Part shown: positions 24,253 through 33,530 of the stretch, one piece after another
Position numbering within the stretch: the first letter of the stretch is position 1
Layout: every line of letters begins with the position of its first letter
Assembly (NCBI GenBank): GCA_028282625.1
Contig: JANQHP010000040.1
Coordinates: 1 to 33,530 of the forward strand
Direction: 5' to 3'
DNA from: Rickettsiales bacterium
GTDB taxonomy: Bacteria; Pseudomonadota; Alphaproteobacteria; Rickettsiales; UBA8987
Length of the DNA stretch: 33,530 nt
Program-made: the position numbers and the translations under genes
Notes under the pieces: generated by a model
Told to the model about the DNA's origin: nothing
Databases searched by the model: none
What the model saw: only the letters and a program-made list of their open reading frames with translations

Positions 24253-24447
24253 TTATTCTCGTTCTTCAATCCATGCCATTTGTATGGCTTCTAAAATTTT
24301 TTCATTGGAAGATTGTGGGTGATCGGAAAAATCTTCTAAACCGCATATCCACCGATGCAGATCGGTAAAACGTAAATTGACATTATCAACATCCGGGTAT
24401 TTTTCTTCAAGAGCAATCGCAATATCATGAATATCCTGCCACTTCAT
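24253..24447 (-). CDS. iscX: IscX/YfhJ-like Fe-S assembly accessory protein (64 aa)
   Basis: [62 protein letters not shown] aligns along its length with E. coli IscX (...[56 protein letters not shown]...). GAGGAAG lies upstream of ATG 24447. The stop is 2 nt before the ompA-family start. Confidence 0.8.
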   Translation of the reverse strand: [64 protein letters not shown]

Positions 24448-24589
24448 CCCGCTTCCTCTCTCCAAAAATTATCGTTGCAAGCCCTGATAGATACAGGCTA
24501 TATCACCCTATACCTTAGCCCAAACGAATATGCAACTGCTATCCCTTTTGTATAAAATACCCTGGCGACCTATAGGATAAAACGGCTTG

Positions 24590-25438
24590 ATGATGTCTCC
24601 GCTACACACCACACCTTCTGTCGATGACTTGCTTCGCCAGGCATTAGAAGAAGATATCGGCAAAGAAGATATCACGTCCCAAAGCCTTATTCCACCGCAG
24701 ACAACATGCACCATGCACTGCGTGGTAAGGGAGCCTACCATCATTGCAGGGCTTCCTATCGCAGCAAAGGCTTTTTCCTTTTTTGGCAAAGTGTCGTGCA
24801 CCTTGCTCAGTGATGAAGGGCTTCACGTGCCGGCACAAAGCCCCTTGTTAAAGGTCACAGGCAACGCACGCCATATTTTAAAAACCGAGCGCGTGGCGCT
24901 GAATATCCTTCAGCATTTATGCGGCATTGCCACCCTCACCCATCAATATATTGAAGCGGTTAAAGGAACGGGCATCACCATTTTAGATACGCGCAAAACC
25001 ACACCAGGCCTAAGAGAAATTGAAAAATATGCGGTAAGGGTAGGGGGTGCAACCAACCATCGTATGCGGCTGGAGGATGCGATTTTAATCAAAGACAACC
25101 ATATTCATGTGGCAGGAGGGCTGGATGCCGTGCTTGCGAAGCTAAAAGCCTCGCCGCCCTCGTTGCCTGTTGAAATAGAATGCGACACGATAGAGCAGGT
25201 CAAAAAGTGCCTGGAAGCGAAGGTAGACCGTATTTTATTAGACAACATGCCTGTGCCTACCATCAAGGAAGCCGTCACCCTTCGAAACAGCCTTTCTCCT
25301 TGCACCATGCTGGAAGCCTCTGGCGGCATCACGCTGGACAATATAGGAGAGATCGCCCAAACAACGATCGATTTCCTTTCTATTGGCGCGCTGACACATT
25401 CCGCACACCGGATTGATATTGCGCTGGATGCGGGATAA
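24590..25438 (+). CDS. nadC: nicotinate-nucleotide pyrophosphorylase (quinolinate phosphoribosyltransferase)
   Basis: Motifs LKTERVALNILQHLCGIATLT, ILDTRKTTPGLR, EKYAVRVGGATNHRMRLEDAILIKDNHI and LEASGGITLDNI. The start is ATG 24590 or 24593. Confidence 0.92.
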   Translation: MMSPLHTTPSVDDLLRQALEEDIGKEDITSQSLIPPQTTCTMHCVVREPTIIAGLPIAAKAFSFFGKVSCTLLSDEGLHVPAQSPLLKVTGNARHILKTERVALNILQHLCGIATLTHQYIEAVKGTGITILDTRKTTPGLREIEKYAVRVGGATNHRMRLEDAILIKDNHIHVAGGLDAVLAKLKASPPSLPVEIECDTIEQVKKCLEAKVDRILLDNMPVPTIKEAVTLRNSLSPCTMLEASGGITLDNIGEIAQTTIDFLSIGALTHSAHRIDIALDAG

Positions 25439-25600
25439 ATCAAACGGCCAACTGGCAGCCTCTGAAGAAAAAAGGCTTTACTTTTGTTTCACTTTGCCTT
25501 AATGAGCTTCCCCTCAGGCGGTAACGGTGCGCGTTCGCACTGCAATAGCCCGTTTTAAGAATGTTTTTGAAATTTTGTAAGTAAACGCACTGGATTTTTT

Positions 25601-26092
25601 ATGGCAACACGTATTCGCTTAGCAAGAGGTGGCAGCAAAAAGCGCCCTTTTTACCGTATTGTAGTTGCAGATAGCCGCGCCCCACGCGACGGCAAGTTTA
25701 TCGAAAAGATCGGTACCTATAACCCTCTGGTTCAAAAAGGGGACGCACAACGTGTGGTGCTAAACACCGAAAGGGCCAAACACTGGCTTTCGGTTGGGGC
25801 AGTGCCTTCCGAGCGTATTCTTTCTTTCTTCAATGAGGCAAAGCTTGGCCAAGAATATGCTGCGGTCAAACACCTCAATGCAAAGCACGAAAAGCGTGTG
25901 GCCCTTAAGGCAACGGAAATAGCCGAGCGCAAGAAAGCAGAAGCCAAGGCTAAAGCTGAGGCAGAAGCTGAAGCGGCAAAGCAAGCCGAAGTCGAAGCAG
26001 CACCCGCCGAAGCTGAAGAAGCTAAAGAAGAGGCAGCAGCAGACGAAACATCTGCAGATGAAACAAAAGAGCCAGAAGAAGCAAGCGCTTAA
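25601..26092 (+). CDS. rpsP: 30S ribosomal protein S16 with an Ala/Glu/Lys-rich C-terminal extension
   Basis: [42 protein letters not shown] is the canonical S16 N-terminus. The C-terminal ~60 aa is low-complexity ([15 protein letters not shown]...). Confidence 0.93.
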   Translation: MATRIRLARGGSKKRPFYRIVVADSRAPRDGKFIEKIGTYNPLVQKGDAQRVVLNTERAKHWLSVGAVPSERILSFFNEAKLGQEYAAVKHLNAKHEKRVALKATEIAERKKAEAKAKAEAEAEAAKQAEVEAAPAEAEEAKEEAAADETSADETKEPEEASA

Positions 26093-26279
26093 GAAGCAAC
26101 TCTTTCCTCTTCCTTTTATTTCTCGGCCCTTCCCATCACAGAATAGCACGCGTGAAAACGCGCCGCATGCGAGCGTTGCACCTTGGTGCGTGCGCGTCGT
26201 GCATTAGGCTTGCTCTAAAAGGCGGCTTGTGTATGATGCGGATGTTTGGACTTTATTGTAAAAAGGCACATCACAGGCA

Positions 26280-26777
26280 ATGAATCGTTTCTGGTCGTTC
26301 GTGCTTTTAGCCACCTTGTTAGCCGGCATGTGGTGGGTTTGGTCCGGTCTTAACAAACCTCAGCTGCTTGCCTTAGGCGCACTCTCCATTGGCCTAATCC
26401 TCTTAACGCTGCACCGCATGACCCGACTTTTTGGTCAAACGGCGTGGCACGTATGGCCGTTATATCTGCGCATCGGCACATGGGGATATTTTTTGTGGCT
26501 GATCAAAGAAATTGTCTTGTCGAGCTTAAAAGTTACCTTAGAAATATGGTCGCCTAAGCCAAACATTCAACCCGCTATCGGCTGGATCAAAGCCGATACA
26601 GACCGCGAATCCGAAACTGCGCTTTATGCCCACTCCATTACGCTTACACCTGGCACCACGTGCTTACAGGTGAAGAGGGGCGCGCTATGCATACACGCGC
26701 TTGACCATGCAAGCCTCAAAGAGCTGGAACAGGGGCAGATGGCACAAAGAATTTATACCACCAGGCTTGAGAAATAA
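26280..26777 (+). CDS. mrpE: Mrp/Mnh-type cation/proton antiporter subunit E
   Basis: 165 aa with 2-3 N-terminal TM segments. The central block IKEIVLSSLKVTLEIWSPKPNIQPAIGWIKADTDRESETALYAHSITLTPGTTCLQV fits the MnhE pattern, including ITLTPGT. Confidence 0.8.
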   Translation: MNRFWSFVLLATLLAGMWWVWSGLNKPQLLALGALSIGLILLTLHRMTRLFGQTAWHVWPLYLRIGTWGYFLWLIKEIVLSSLKVTLEIWSPKPNIQPAIGWIKADTDRESETALYAHSITLTPGTTCLQVKRGALCIHALDHASLKELEQGQMAQRIYTTRLEK

Positions 26778-26783
26778 TACCAC

Positions 26784-27074
26784 ATGGCTGCTATAATCCT
26801 AACCATGTCTTTAATGAGTATGCTGCTTGCGGTAATCCGTGTGGTGAAGGGCCCCACTATCTATGACCGGATTCTTGGGGCAAATATTTTTGGTACCAAA
26901 ACCGTTATCACCATTTTATTGATTGCCTTGCTTTCAGGGCAGAATATGCTGATTGATATTGCCATGGTTTATGTGATGCTGAATTTCATCACCACACTTG
27001 GCATATTGAAATACCGCGTGGCGCGATCTTTTAAATCGAATCAGTTGATTGCTGAGGATAGCAAAAGCCTATGA
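26784..27074 (+). CDS. mrpF: Mrp/Mnh-type antiporter subunit F
   Basis: 96 aa with 3 TM segments. The motif RVVKGPTIYDRILGANIFGTKTV is typical of MnhF/PhaF. Confidence 0.8.
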   Translation: MAAIILTMSLMSMLLAVIRVVKGPTIYDRILGANIFGTKTVITILLIALLSGQNMLIDIAMVYVMLNFITTLGILKYRVARSFKSNQLIAEDSKSL

Positions 27075-27400
27075 CACCTATCATACTGGAATGGATCAGC
27101 TGGGGCAGCATCATGCTTGGCACGTTCTTTTTGCTCACAGGCGCCGTTGGCTTGCTCCGTATGCCGGATTTTTATACACGCCTGCATCCATGCAGTGTGG
27201 TGGATGGCATTGGCATGCCGCTCTTTATACTCGGCATCATCCTGCAATTCCCATTAGGAATTATCACCGTCAAGCTGCTTTTCTTAATGGTCTTTTCCTG
27301 GATCACAAGTGCAACGGCTTCGCACGCGCTGGGCAAAGCCGCCTTGCTATCGGGCCTTAAACCGCAAGGCACCACCTCATCCAAACCACGCTCTTCATAA
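27071..27400 (+). CDS. mrpG: Mrp/Mnh-type antiporter subunit G
   Basis: GAVGLLRMPDFYTRLHPCSVVDGIGMPL matches the MnhG/PhaG signature. ATGA overlap with subunit F. Confidence 0.85.
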   Translation: MTPIILEWISWGSIMLGTFFLLTGAVGLLRMPDFYTRLHPCSVVDGIGMPLFILGIILQFPLGIITVKLLFLMVFSWITSATASHALGKAALLSGLKPQGTTSSKPRSS

Positions 27401-27415
27401 CTACCAAAACCTACA

Positions 27416-28009
27416 ATGGAATCGCTCAGCACACATCTATTGTTCTTTGTCAGCGACGATTTGTTGCTCCTGTTGCTTCTGTGCGTTGCCGTAGCGATCG
27501 CACTAACCGATCATTTGTTTTTTGCAACCATCTTGCTTGCGATTTTCAGCCTGCTTATGGCGGCGATCTATATGGTGCTTGGCGCACCGGATGTTGCGAT
27601 TACAGAGGCTGCCATTGGCGCTGGCGTAAGTACATTGTTGTTTTTAGCCACGCTGCTTATTGTGGATGATAAAAGCAAGAAAAGTTCCATCAACTACATG
27701 CCGCTTATTCTTGTGGCATGCGTGGGTGTGTTGCTTTTTTTGGCCACGCTGGAGTTGCCCACGCTTGGTGATGTGAACGCCCTGACCAATCAACATATTG
27801 CTCCTTATTATCTTAACCAATCGACTGCCGATATCGGTATTCCCAATGTGGTCACTTCCGTGCTGGCAAGCTACCGTGGCTTTGATACCATGGGAGAAGT
27901 GTTTGTTATTTTTACCGCCGGCATTGCAGCCTTTGCGTTATTATTTGTGCCAGCAACGCCTAAGAAGCAAAAAAGAAGCAACGCCCGGCCACGCAAAACT
28001 TCGTCTTAA
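27416..28009 (+). CDS. DUF4040 (MrpA C-terminal-like) fused to an MnhB N-terminal-like segment
   Basis: LMAAIYMVLGAPDVAITEAAIGAGVSTLLF is the DUF4040 signature. NVVTSVLASYRGFDTMGEVFVIFTAGIA is the MnhB signature. The protein ends with a basic tail shortly afterwards. Confidence 0.78.
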   Translation: MESLSTHLLFFVSDDLLLLLLLCVAVAIALTDHLFFATILLAIFSLLMAAIYMVLGAPDVAITEAAIGAGVSTLLFLATLLIVDDKSKKSSINYMPLILVACVGVLLFLATLELPTLGDVNALTNQHIAPYYLNQSTADIGIPNVVTSVLASYRGFDTMGEVFVIFTAGIAAFALLFVPATPKKQKRSNARPRKTSS

Positions 28010-29233
28010 ATGTCGGACCTTTTTACGCAACATTGGTATGGCCATGCACCGCGTGTGCCTATAGCACAATGGCCAGAGCTTCCAGCCCTGCAAACCTTGT
28101 GTGACGTGAGTACCGATGCTGCGTTGCGTGCCGATGCGACGCAATTGGCTCGCACCTTGCAGAGTCAGTTTTCCCATGTGGTGGTTATTGGCAATGGTGG
28201 CTCCAGCCTTTGTGGCAAAACGCTTGCCCATTTTATGCATTTTGCCGCCCCAAGTAAAACGCAGCTGGTTTTTTTAGAAAATGTGGACCCTACCTATACG
28301 CTAAAAGAGCTGGGTAGCTTGCCTTTAGAGCGCACCGCAGTAGTGTGTGTCAGCAAATCAGGTGAAACCGCTGAGGTGCTGGCGCATACCGTGCTCCTGC
28401 TGGAGCGATTTAAAGCCGCAAAAATCTCCCTCCAAAACCGCGTATGTGTCATTACCAGCCAACCCGAAAGCACCTTAGGCCAGCTCGGGGAGAAGCTTGG
28501 CGCCACACATCTGGACTTTGGGGATGTGGGAGGCAGATTCTCGATTTTTGCAACCGCCTCATGGCTATGCGCGGAACTAGCGGGCATGGATAGTGCTGAG
28601 CTTCAAAAAGGCGCCGCACATGCGATCGATCATTTTCAAAACACGCAAGGAGCCCAAGCAAAAGAAACAGCGGCCACCTTTTTGGCATGGATGCAATCTG
28701 GTATTCAAAGCCTGGTCACGATGCCTTATAGCAATCAGCTTACCTGCGCGGCACAATGGTATCGACAGCTGTGGGCAGAAAGTACTGGCAAACAAGGCAA
28801 GAGCATCCTGCCTTCTGTCGCACTTGGTTCGGTAGACCAACATAGCCAATTGCAACTTTATTTAGATGGTCCCAAAACCATAGGGCTACAATGTTGGCAT
28901 GTGCGCGATTGGGAAGAAAGTGCCCCGTCCACCCTTTTGCACACAGAAGATTATTTGCCAGAAGGGCACTACTTACAACATTGCCACATGTCCGATATTT
29001 TGGACGCGCAATTCCATGCCACCAAAGAAGCGTTGATCGCACATGAGGTGCGGCTGCGCGTGGTTGAAATACCCACCTTAACCACCTTTTGGCTGGGGGC
29101 ATTTCTTATGCAGCAGATGCTGGAGGTCGTGATGGTGTGCGCGGCATTGAGCATCAACCCCTTTGACCAGCCTGCCGTGGAGAAGAGCAAACATCTTCTG
29201 CAAGATATTTTGGCACAAAAAACCGGGATTTAG
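28010..29233 (+). CDS. pgi: glucose-6-phosphate isomerase (short, ~400-aa type)
   Basis: SIS-domain motifs [26 protein letters not shown] and VGGRFSIF, plus [34 protein letters not shown] and [16 protein letters not shown] 28010 abuts the previous stop (TAAATG). Confidence 0.87.
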   Translation: MSDLFTQHWYGHAPRVPIAQWPELPALQTLCDVSTDAALRADATQLARTLQSQFSHVVVIGNGGSSLCGKTLAHFMHFAAPSKTQLVFLENVDPTYTLKELGSLPLERTAVVCVSKSGETAEVLAHTVLLLERFKAAKISLQNRVCVITSQPESTLGQLGEKLGATHLDFGDVGGRFSIFATASWLCAELAGMDSAELQKGAAHAIDHFQNTQGAQAKETAATFLAWMQSGIQSLVTMPYSNQLTCAAQWYRQLWAESTGKQGKSILPSVALGSVDQHSQLQLYLDGPKTIGLQCWHVRDWEESAPSTLLHTEDYLPEGHYLQHCHMSDILDAQFHATKEALIAHEVRLRVVEIPTLTTFWLGAFLMQQMLEVVMVCAALSINPFDQPAVEKSKHLLQDILAQKTGI

Positions 29234-29300
29234 TCTTGTTTTCTTGCGCACATGGCTTGCGCGCGCTATAAAACCACCCTCGATTTTAAAAAGCCACGCC

Positions 29301-29657
29301 ATGCTAGTCACACTCTTAAAAGGTAAATTGCACCGCGCCACCGTTACCCATGCCAACCTGGCTTACGAAGGCAGTGTGGCAATTGATAAAGCGCTGATGC
29401 AAAAGGCAAATATCTTACCGCATGAGCAAGTGGATATTTACAATATCACCAATGGCAGCCGTATCACTACCTATGCCATTGAAGCACCCGAAGGCAGCCG
29501 GACCATTGGCATCCAGGGTGCTGCTGCGCATCATGCGTCTACGGGCGATCACGTCATTATTTGTGCGTACGCGCAAATGCATCAAGAGGAGGCAGAAAAC
29601 TGGCAGCCGCATGTGGTTATTTTGCAAGAAGAAAACGAGATCAAGCATCATGGCTGA
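29301..29657 (+). CDS. panD: aspartate 1-decarboxylase proenzyme
   Basis: [29 protein letters not shown] aligns with E. coli PanD [29 protein letters not shown], including the Gly-Ser self-cleavage site. The ORF-track start at 29163 is an upstream extension. Confidence 0.93.
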   Translation: MLVTLLKGKLHRATVTHANLAYEGSVAIDKALMQKANILPHEQVDIYNITNGSRITTYAIEAPEGSRTIGIQGAAAHHASTGDHVIICAYAQMHQEEAENWQPHVVILQEENEIKHHG

Positions 29658-31782
29658 GCTTATTTTAGAGTTGCTAAGTGAGGAAATTCCCGCGCGCATG
29701 CAAGTGCCGATGGCGCAACAATTGCAGCAAAAAGCAGAAGCCAAGCTGCAAGCAGCAGAAGTCTTTGCCCATAAAGTAGAAACCTACGTCACACCAAGGC
29801 GCCTGGTGCTTCTTGCCGAAGGCATCAGCCTGACCCAGGAAAACGCGGTCGTGGAGAAGCGTGGCCCCCGCACCAATGCGCCCGAACAGGCCATTGAGGG
29901 TTTTCTCCGTTCAAACGGCTTGCAAAAGAAGCAGCTTATTACCCGTGACGTGCCCGGCAAGGGTGAATTTTTCTTTGCGATTTGTGAGCAAAAAAGCCAG
30001 CCCATGCATGTGCTTTTGCAAACGATATTAGAGGAACTGATTACGTCCCTCTCCTGGCCAAAATCCATGCGCTGGGGCGAACAGGAAATCACATGGGTGC
30101 GCCCGCTTCATCATATCTGCTGTGTTTTTGCAGGCGAAGTGCTGCCACTGAAATGTGGTCATCTACAAGCCGGTGGCACAAGCGTTGGGCATCGTTTTTT
30201 AGCGCCGGAACCTTTTGATGTGACCACCATCGCTGCCTATCGCGATACACTCAAAAATGCCTATGTGATGCTGGAGACCAAGCAACGTATCACAGAGATC
30301 AAACAGCAAGCAGAAAGCTTGGCCCAAGAAGCGGGACTTACAATCATTGAAGATGAAGCCTTGCTGCTTGAAATTGCAGGCTTAGTGGAATGGCCTTTGG
30401 TGCTGATGGGAAAAATTGACCCAGATTATATGCATATTCCCGATGAGGTGTTGATTGCCTCCATGCGCACCCATCAAAAATATATTTGTTTGCGAGAGCC
30501 TTCGGGCAAGATTGCTCCGCATTTCTTGATGGTAGCCAACACCCCCACCCAGCATCAAAGCCAAGCAATTGTGCAGGGCAATGAGCGCGTGCTTCGCGCA
30601 CGCCTTGCCGATGCCGCCTTTTTCTGGGAATTGGACCACAAAAAAACCCTGACCGAACACGCCGAAAAGCTGACGCATATCACCTTCCATAGGCGGCTTG
30701 GTTCCTTAAAGCAAAAAACAGCGCGTATTCAGGCGCTGGCAAAATATATTTCCGTGTGGGTGGCACATGCCCAGTTGGAACAGGTGGAACGGGCGGCCTC
30801 TTTGTGCAAGGCCGACCTTCCAACAGAAATGGTCCATGAGTTTCCCTCACTCCAGGGAAAAATCGGATATTATTATGCCTTGGAAGAGGGGCAGGAAGAG
30901 GAAGTGGCCAAAGCCATTGCCGACCATTACGCGCCGCTTGGTCCTTCGGATCAGGTGCCAACAGAGCCTGTTAGCGTGGCTGTGGCGCTAGCAGATAAAG
31001 TCGACAGCCTAGCGGGGCTTTTTGCCGCAGGCGATATCCCCACTGGCTCGAAAGATCCTTTGGCACTACGCCGCACTGCCTTAGGTGTCCTCCGCATTAT
31101 AGTAGAAAACAATTTGTATATTCCGCTGCACTTGCTCTTTGCGCATGCACTCAAGCAGTGTCCTTCTGCACTGTTTAAGTCTCCAAAGGAAAAGCAGCCT
31201 GAAGACAAAAAGACCTTGCTTCAACGTGGCACGCGGACCCAGCCCGCTGCGGTCAGCCAGCAGCTGATTATCTTTATGCGAGACCGCCTGAAATATTGGC
31301 TTAAAGAACAAGGCAAGCGGCATGATTTAATTGCGGCGGTCTTTGCGGATGAAAAAGAAGATGATTTGCTGCGCATCACAGAAAAGCTTGCATCGCTTGA
31401 AGGCTTTATGGCAAGCGAGGCGGGCATTGATATGCTCACAGTCTATCGCCGCGCCGCCAACATTCTAACAATTGAAGAAAAACAGGAAAAGAAAAGATAC
31501 AAAACCAACCCTGCCAGGCACGTGCTGGAGCAGGAGGAAGAGTTGGTACTTTACGATGCGCTGCATGAAGCCCAAGGGAGTATCAAAAAAGCGCTCAAAG
31601 AGCATGAATATCAGCAAGCGATGGACAGGGTAGCCTCGCTGCGGAGTGCGGTGGATGGTTTTTTTGAACATGTCACGGTCAATTGTCACAAGCAGGAACT
31701 CAGAACCAATCGGCTCAAGCTGCTTGCATGGCTTCGCCATTTGGTCGATAGCATCGCAGATTTTAGCACAATAGAAGGGTAA
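29650..31782 (+). CDS. glyS: glycine-tRNA ligase beta subunit
   Basis: [18 protein letters not shown] is the canonical GlyS N-terminus, with TPRRLVLL and MRWG blocks. 710 aa. ATG 29650 overlaps panD by 8 nt. Confidence 0.93.
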   Translation: MAELILELLSEEIPARMQVPMAQQLQQKAEAKLQAAEVFAHKVETYVTPRRLVLLAEGISLTQENAVVEKRGPRTNAPEQAIEGFLRSNGLQKKQLITRDVPGKGEFFFAICEQKSQPMHVLLQTILEELITSLSWPKSMRWGEQEITWVRPLHHICCVFAGEVLPLKCGHLQAGGTSVGHRFLAPEPFDVTTIAAYRDTLKNAYVMLETKQRITEIKQQAESLAQEAGLTIIEDEALLLEIAGLVEWPLVLMGKIDPDYMHIPDEVLIASMRTHQKYICLREPSGKIAPHFLMVANTPTQHQSQAIVQGNERVLRARLADAAFFWELDHKKTLTEHAEKLTHITFHRRLGSLKQKTARIQALAKYISVWVAHAQLEQVERAASLCKADLPTEMVHEFPSLQGKIGYYYALEEGQEEEVAKAIADHYAPLGPSDQVPTEPVSVAVALADKVDSLAGLFAAGDIPTGSKDPLALRRTALGVLRIIVENNLYIPLHLLFAHALKQCPSALFKSPKEKQPEDKKTLLQRGTRTQPAAVSQQLIIFMRDRLKYWLKEQGKRHDLIAAVFADEKEDDLLRITEKLASLEGFMASEAGIDMLTVYRRAANILTIEEKQEKKRYKTNPARHVLEQEEELVLYDALHEAQGSIKKALKEHEYQQAMDRVASLRSAVDGFFEHVTVNCHKQELRTNRLKLLAWLRHLVDSIADFSTIEG

Positions 31783-31788
31783 AAAATC

Positions 31789-33078
31789 GTGGCAAAGAGG
31801 TTGGGCATCGGCATTGCAGGGCTTGGCACCGTTGGGCAAAGCGTGGTTGCTATTTTGGAAGAGCAAAAGCACCTCATCGAAGAGCGCACCTCTTGCACGC
31901 TCGATATTGTAGCGGTTTCTGCGCGGAACAAAGCACAAGAGCGCAAGGTGGATTGCTCTGCTTATCGCTGGTACGAAGATGCCGGCGCACTCGCCGAGGA
32001 TAGCGACGTGGATATCGTCGTTGAGTTGATTGGCGGGGAAGAGGGCATCGCACACAGCCTATGCCAAAAAGCACTGGATGCAGGCAAGCATGTGGTGACT
32101 GCAAACAAAGCCCTGATTGCCAAACATGGCACAGCACTTGCCACACAAGCAGAAGCAACAAAGGTCACGCTAGCCTGCGAAGCGGCCGTAGCAGGGGGCA
32201 TTCCTGTCTTAAAATTATTGCGGGAAGGCATGGCCGCCAACAACGTACAACAAATTGCAGGCATCTTAAACGGGACCTGCAACTATATCCTGACCACGAT
32301 GGAACGTGATGCGGCAGATTTTGAGGAAGTGCTCCAAAAAGCGCAGGAAAAAGGCTTTGCAGAAACCCCGCCTGACCTGGATATTGATGGATGGGACGCC
32401 GCCCACAAGCTTGCTATCTTAAGCCAGATGGCATTTGGGCGTATGCAGTCCCTGGATCATATCGATGTAAAAGGCATCCGCCACATTGCACTCTGCGATG
32501 TCCAAATCGCCAGCCAATCCAACTACGCCATCCGCTTGCTAGGCATGGCTTCCATACAAAATCAAGAGGTGCAGGCACATGTGCGGCCTTTCCTTGTGCC
32601 CAAAACCTCGCCTTTGGGAGGCGTGGATGGTGTGTTAAACGCCGTACAGCTAGAGGGAGACGCGCTTGGCACCTTGTTCTTAACGGGTGCGGGTGCCGGC
32701 GGTATGCCAACAGCTTCCTCGGTGGTGGCCGATATCATCGATATTGCCCGTGGTTTTCATGTGCCTCTCTTTGGGGTGCCTGCCACCACATTAAAGGAAG
32801 CACACACACAGAAGGGGCCAAAGCCTAAAACGCCCTCATCCTACTACATACGCCTGCCTGTCAAAGATGTGCCTGGCGTGCTTTCCAGCGTGACCAAACA
32901 TCTTGGAGAGCAAAATGTAGGCGTAGCACAGGTGGAGCAGCATGTGCATGAAGGCAACACGCATATTGTGGTCTTTACCCACCCATGTACGGAAGAAGAT
33001 GTGGGTGTGTTGTGTCAAACCTGGGAAAATTCTGAGGAAGTACTTACCGCTCCCACCTGCATCCCACTTTTTGATTAG
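31789..33078 (+). CDS. hom: homoserine dehydrogenase
   Basis: GIAGLGTVG NAD(P) fold, VVTANKAL, GILNGTCNYIL, DLDIDGWDAAHKLAIL and a C-terminal ACT-like region. GTG start at 31789. Confidence 0.93.
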   Translation: MAKRLGIGIAGLGTVGQSVVAILEEQKHLIEERTSCTLDIVAVSARNKAQERKVDCSAYRWYEDAGALAEDSDVDIVVELIGGEEGIAHSLCQKALDAGKHVVTANKALIAKHGTALATQAEATKVTLACEAAVAGGIPVLKLLREGMAANNVQQIAGILNGTCNYILTTMERDAADFEEVLQKAQEKGFAETPPDLDIDGWDAAHKLAILSQMAFGRMQSLDHIDVKGIRHIALCDVQIASQSNYAIRLLGMASIQNQEVQAHVRPFLVPKTSPLGGVDGVLNAVQLEGDALGTLFLTGAGAGGMPTASSVVADIIDIARGFHVPLFGVPATTLKEAHTQKGPKPKTPSSYYIRLPVKDVPGVLSSVTKHLGEQNVGVAQVEQHVHEGNTHIVVFTHPCTEEDVGVLCQTWENSEEVLTAPTCIPLFD

Positions 33079-33081
33079 GCA

Positions 33082-33530
33082 CTAGCCATAGATGCGGCGC
33101 ATCTCTTCTGCCAACGCGCCAAGTGCACCTGCGGCAATCGCTGCGCGTATCTGCTGCATCAGCTTTTGATAATAATAGATATTATGCTGGGTCAACAGCA
33201 TCGGCCCAAGCATTTCCTTCGCCTTGAACAAATGATGCAGGTAAGCACGGCTATAATGCTGGCATGTGGGGCAGGCACATGCAGGGTCAAGCGGTTCTGG
33301 GTCTTCGGCATATTGCGCATTGCGAAGATGCAAGGTGCCCTGGCTTGTAAAAGCCTGCGCGTTGCGCCCCGAGCGTGTGGGAAGCACGCAATCAAACATA
33401 TCCACCCCACGCATCACTGCCTCGATAATATCCAAAGGCTTGCCAACGCCCATCAAATAGCGTGGCTTTAAAGCGGGTATGTGCGGCACGGTATGCTCCA
33501 ACGTTTGTAGCATTACCTCATGCCCTTCAC
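33082..33530 (-). CDS. tgt: queuine tRNA-ribosyltransferase, C-terminal part (the 5' end lies beyond the window end)
   Basis: The minus-strand frame stays open to nt 33530. KPRYLMGVGKPLDIIEAVMRGVDMFDCVLPTRSGRNA and the zinc site CACPTCQHYSRAYLHHL align with E. coli Tgt. Confidence 0.93.
   Translation of the reverse strand, partial: EGHEVMLQTLEHTVPHIPALKPRYLMGVGKPLDIIEAVMRGVDMFDCVLPTRSGRNAQAFTSQGTLHLRNAQYAEDPEPLDPACACPTCQHYSRAYLHHLFKAKEMLGPMLLTQHNIYYYQKLMQQIRAAIAAGALGALAEEMRRIYG

Noticed and set aside
25940-26092. GAAGC-rich low-complexity DNA at the rpsP 3' end as a separate repeat element
   Set aside because: It is in frame and encodes an Ala/Glu/Lys-rich C-terminal tail. Extended S16 tails are common in Alphaproteobacteria, so this is not an independent feature.

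Overview
The window looks like a chromosomal segment of an alphaproteobacterium. GC is about 50% by eye and no exact composition was computed. Almost all genes are on the + strand and many are translationally coupled.

Left third (nt 1-9803): the 3' two-thirds of an RcGTA-type gene transfer agent (GTA) head-tail cluster. It holds a prohead protease (5' partial), HK97 capsid, a small ORF, gp6-like connector, head-closure protein and DUF3168 protein. After a gap come DUF2460, DUF2163/BR0599, an NlpC/P60 peptidase and a 1220-aa host-specificity protein.

The main anomaly is that the tail tube / chaperone / tape-measure block (g9-g11) expected between DUF3168 and DUF2460 is absent. A ~0.6-kb cassette takes its place. 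The cassette contains a palindromic repeat, a near-consensus sigma70-type promoter whose predicted +1 falls on an ATG, a 143-aa acidic coiled-coil ORF of unknown function, and an intrinsic terminator. A second strong terminator sits directly after the capsid gene.

After g15 come a small membrane-anchored ORF that overlaps the g15 3' end and a 458-aa polytopic membrane protein. Neither has an assignable function.

Right two-thirds (11.3-33.5 kb): housekeeping genes.
- Central carbon metabolism: class I FBA, tkt-gap-pgk and pgi.
- Other enzymes: TrxR-type ferredoxin-NADP reductase, folD, nadC, panD and hom.
- Translation-related: rpsP, glyS and tgt (partial).
- Membrane or envelope: a CorC/HlyC-type protein, an orphan small secreted protein, exoD and a partial Mrp module (E, F, G and a DUF4040/MnhB fusion).
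- Regulation and Fe-S assembly: an ntrX-like regulator and an iscX-ompA pair on the - strand.

A 436-bp exoD-tkt spacer is packed with perfect hairpins built on CCCGC/GCGGG cores. One of these repeat types recurs inside the GTA gap.

No tRNA, rRNA, CRISPR array, transposase or integrase was recognised. All family calls come from reading the translations; no database search was run.
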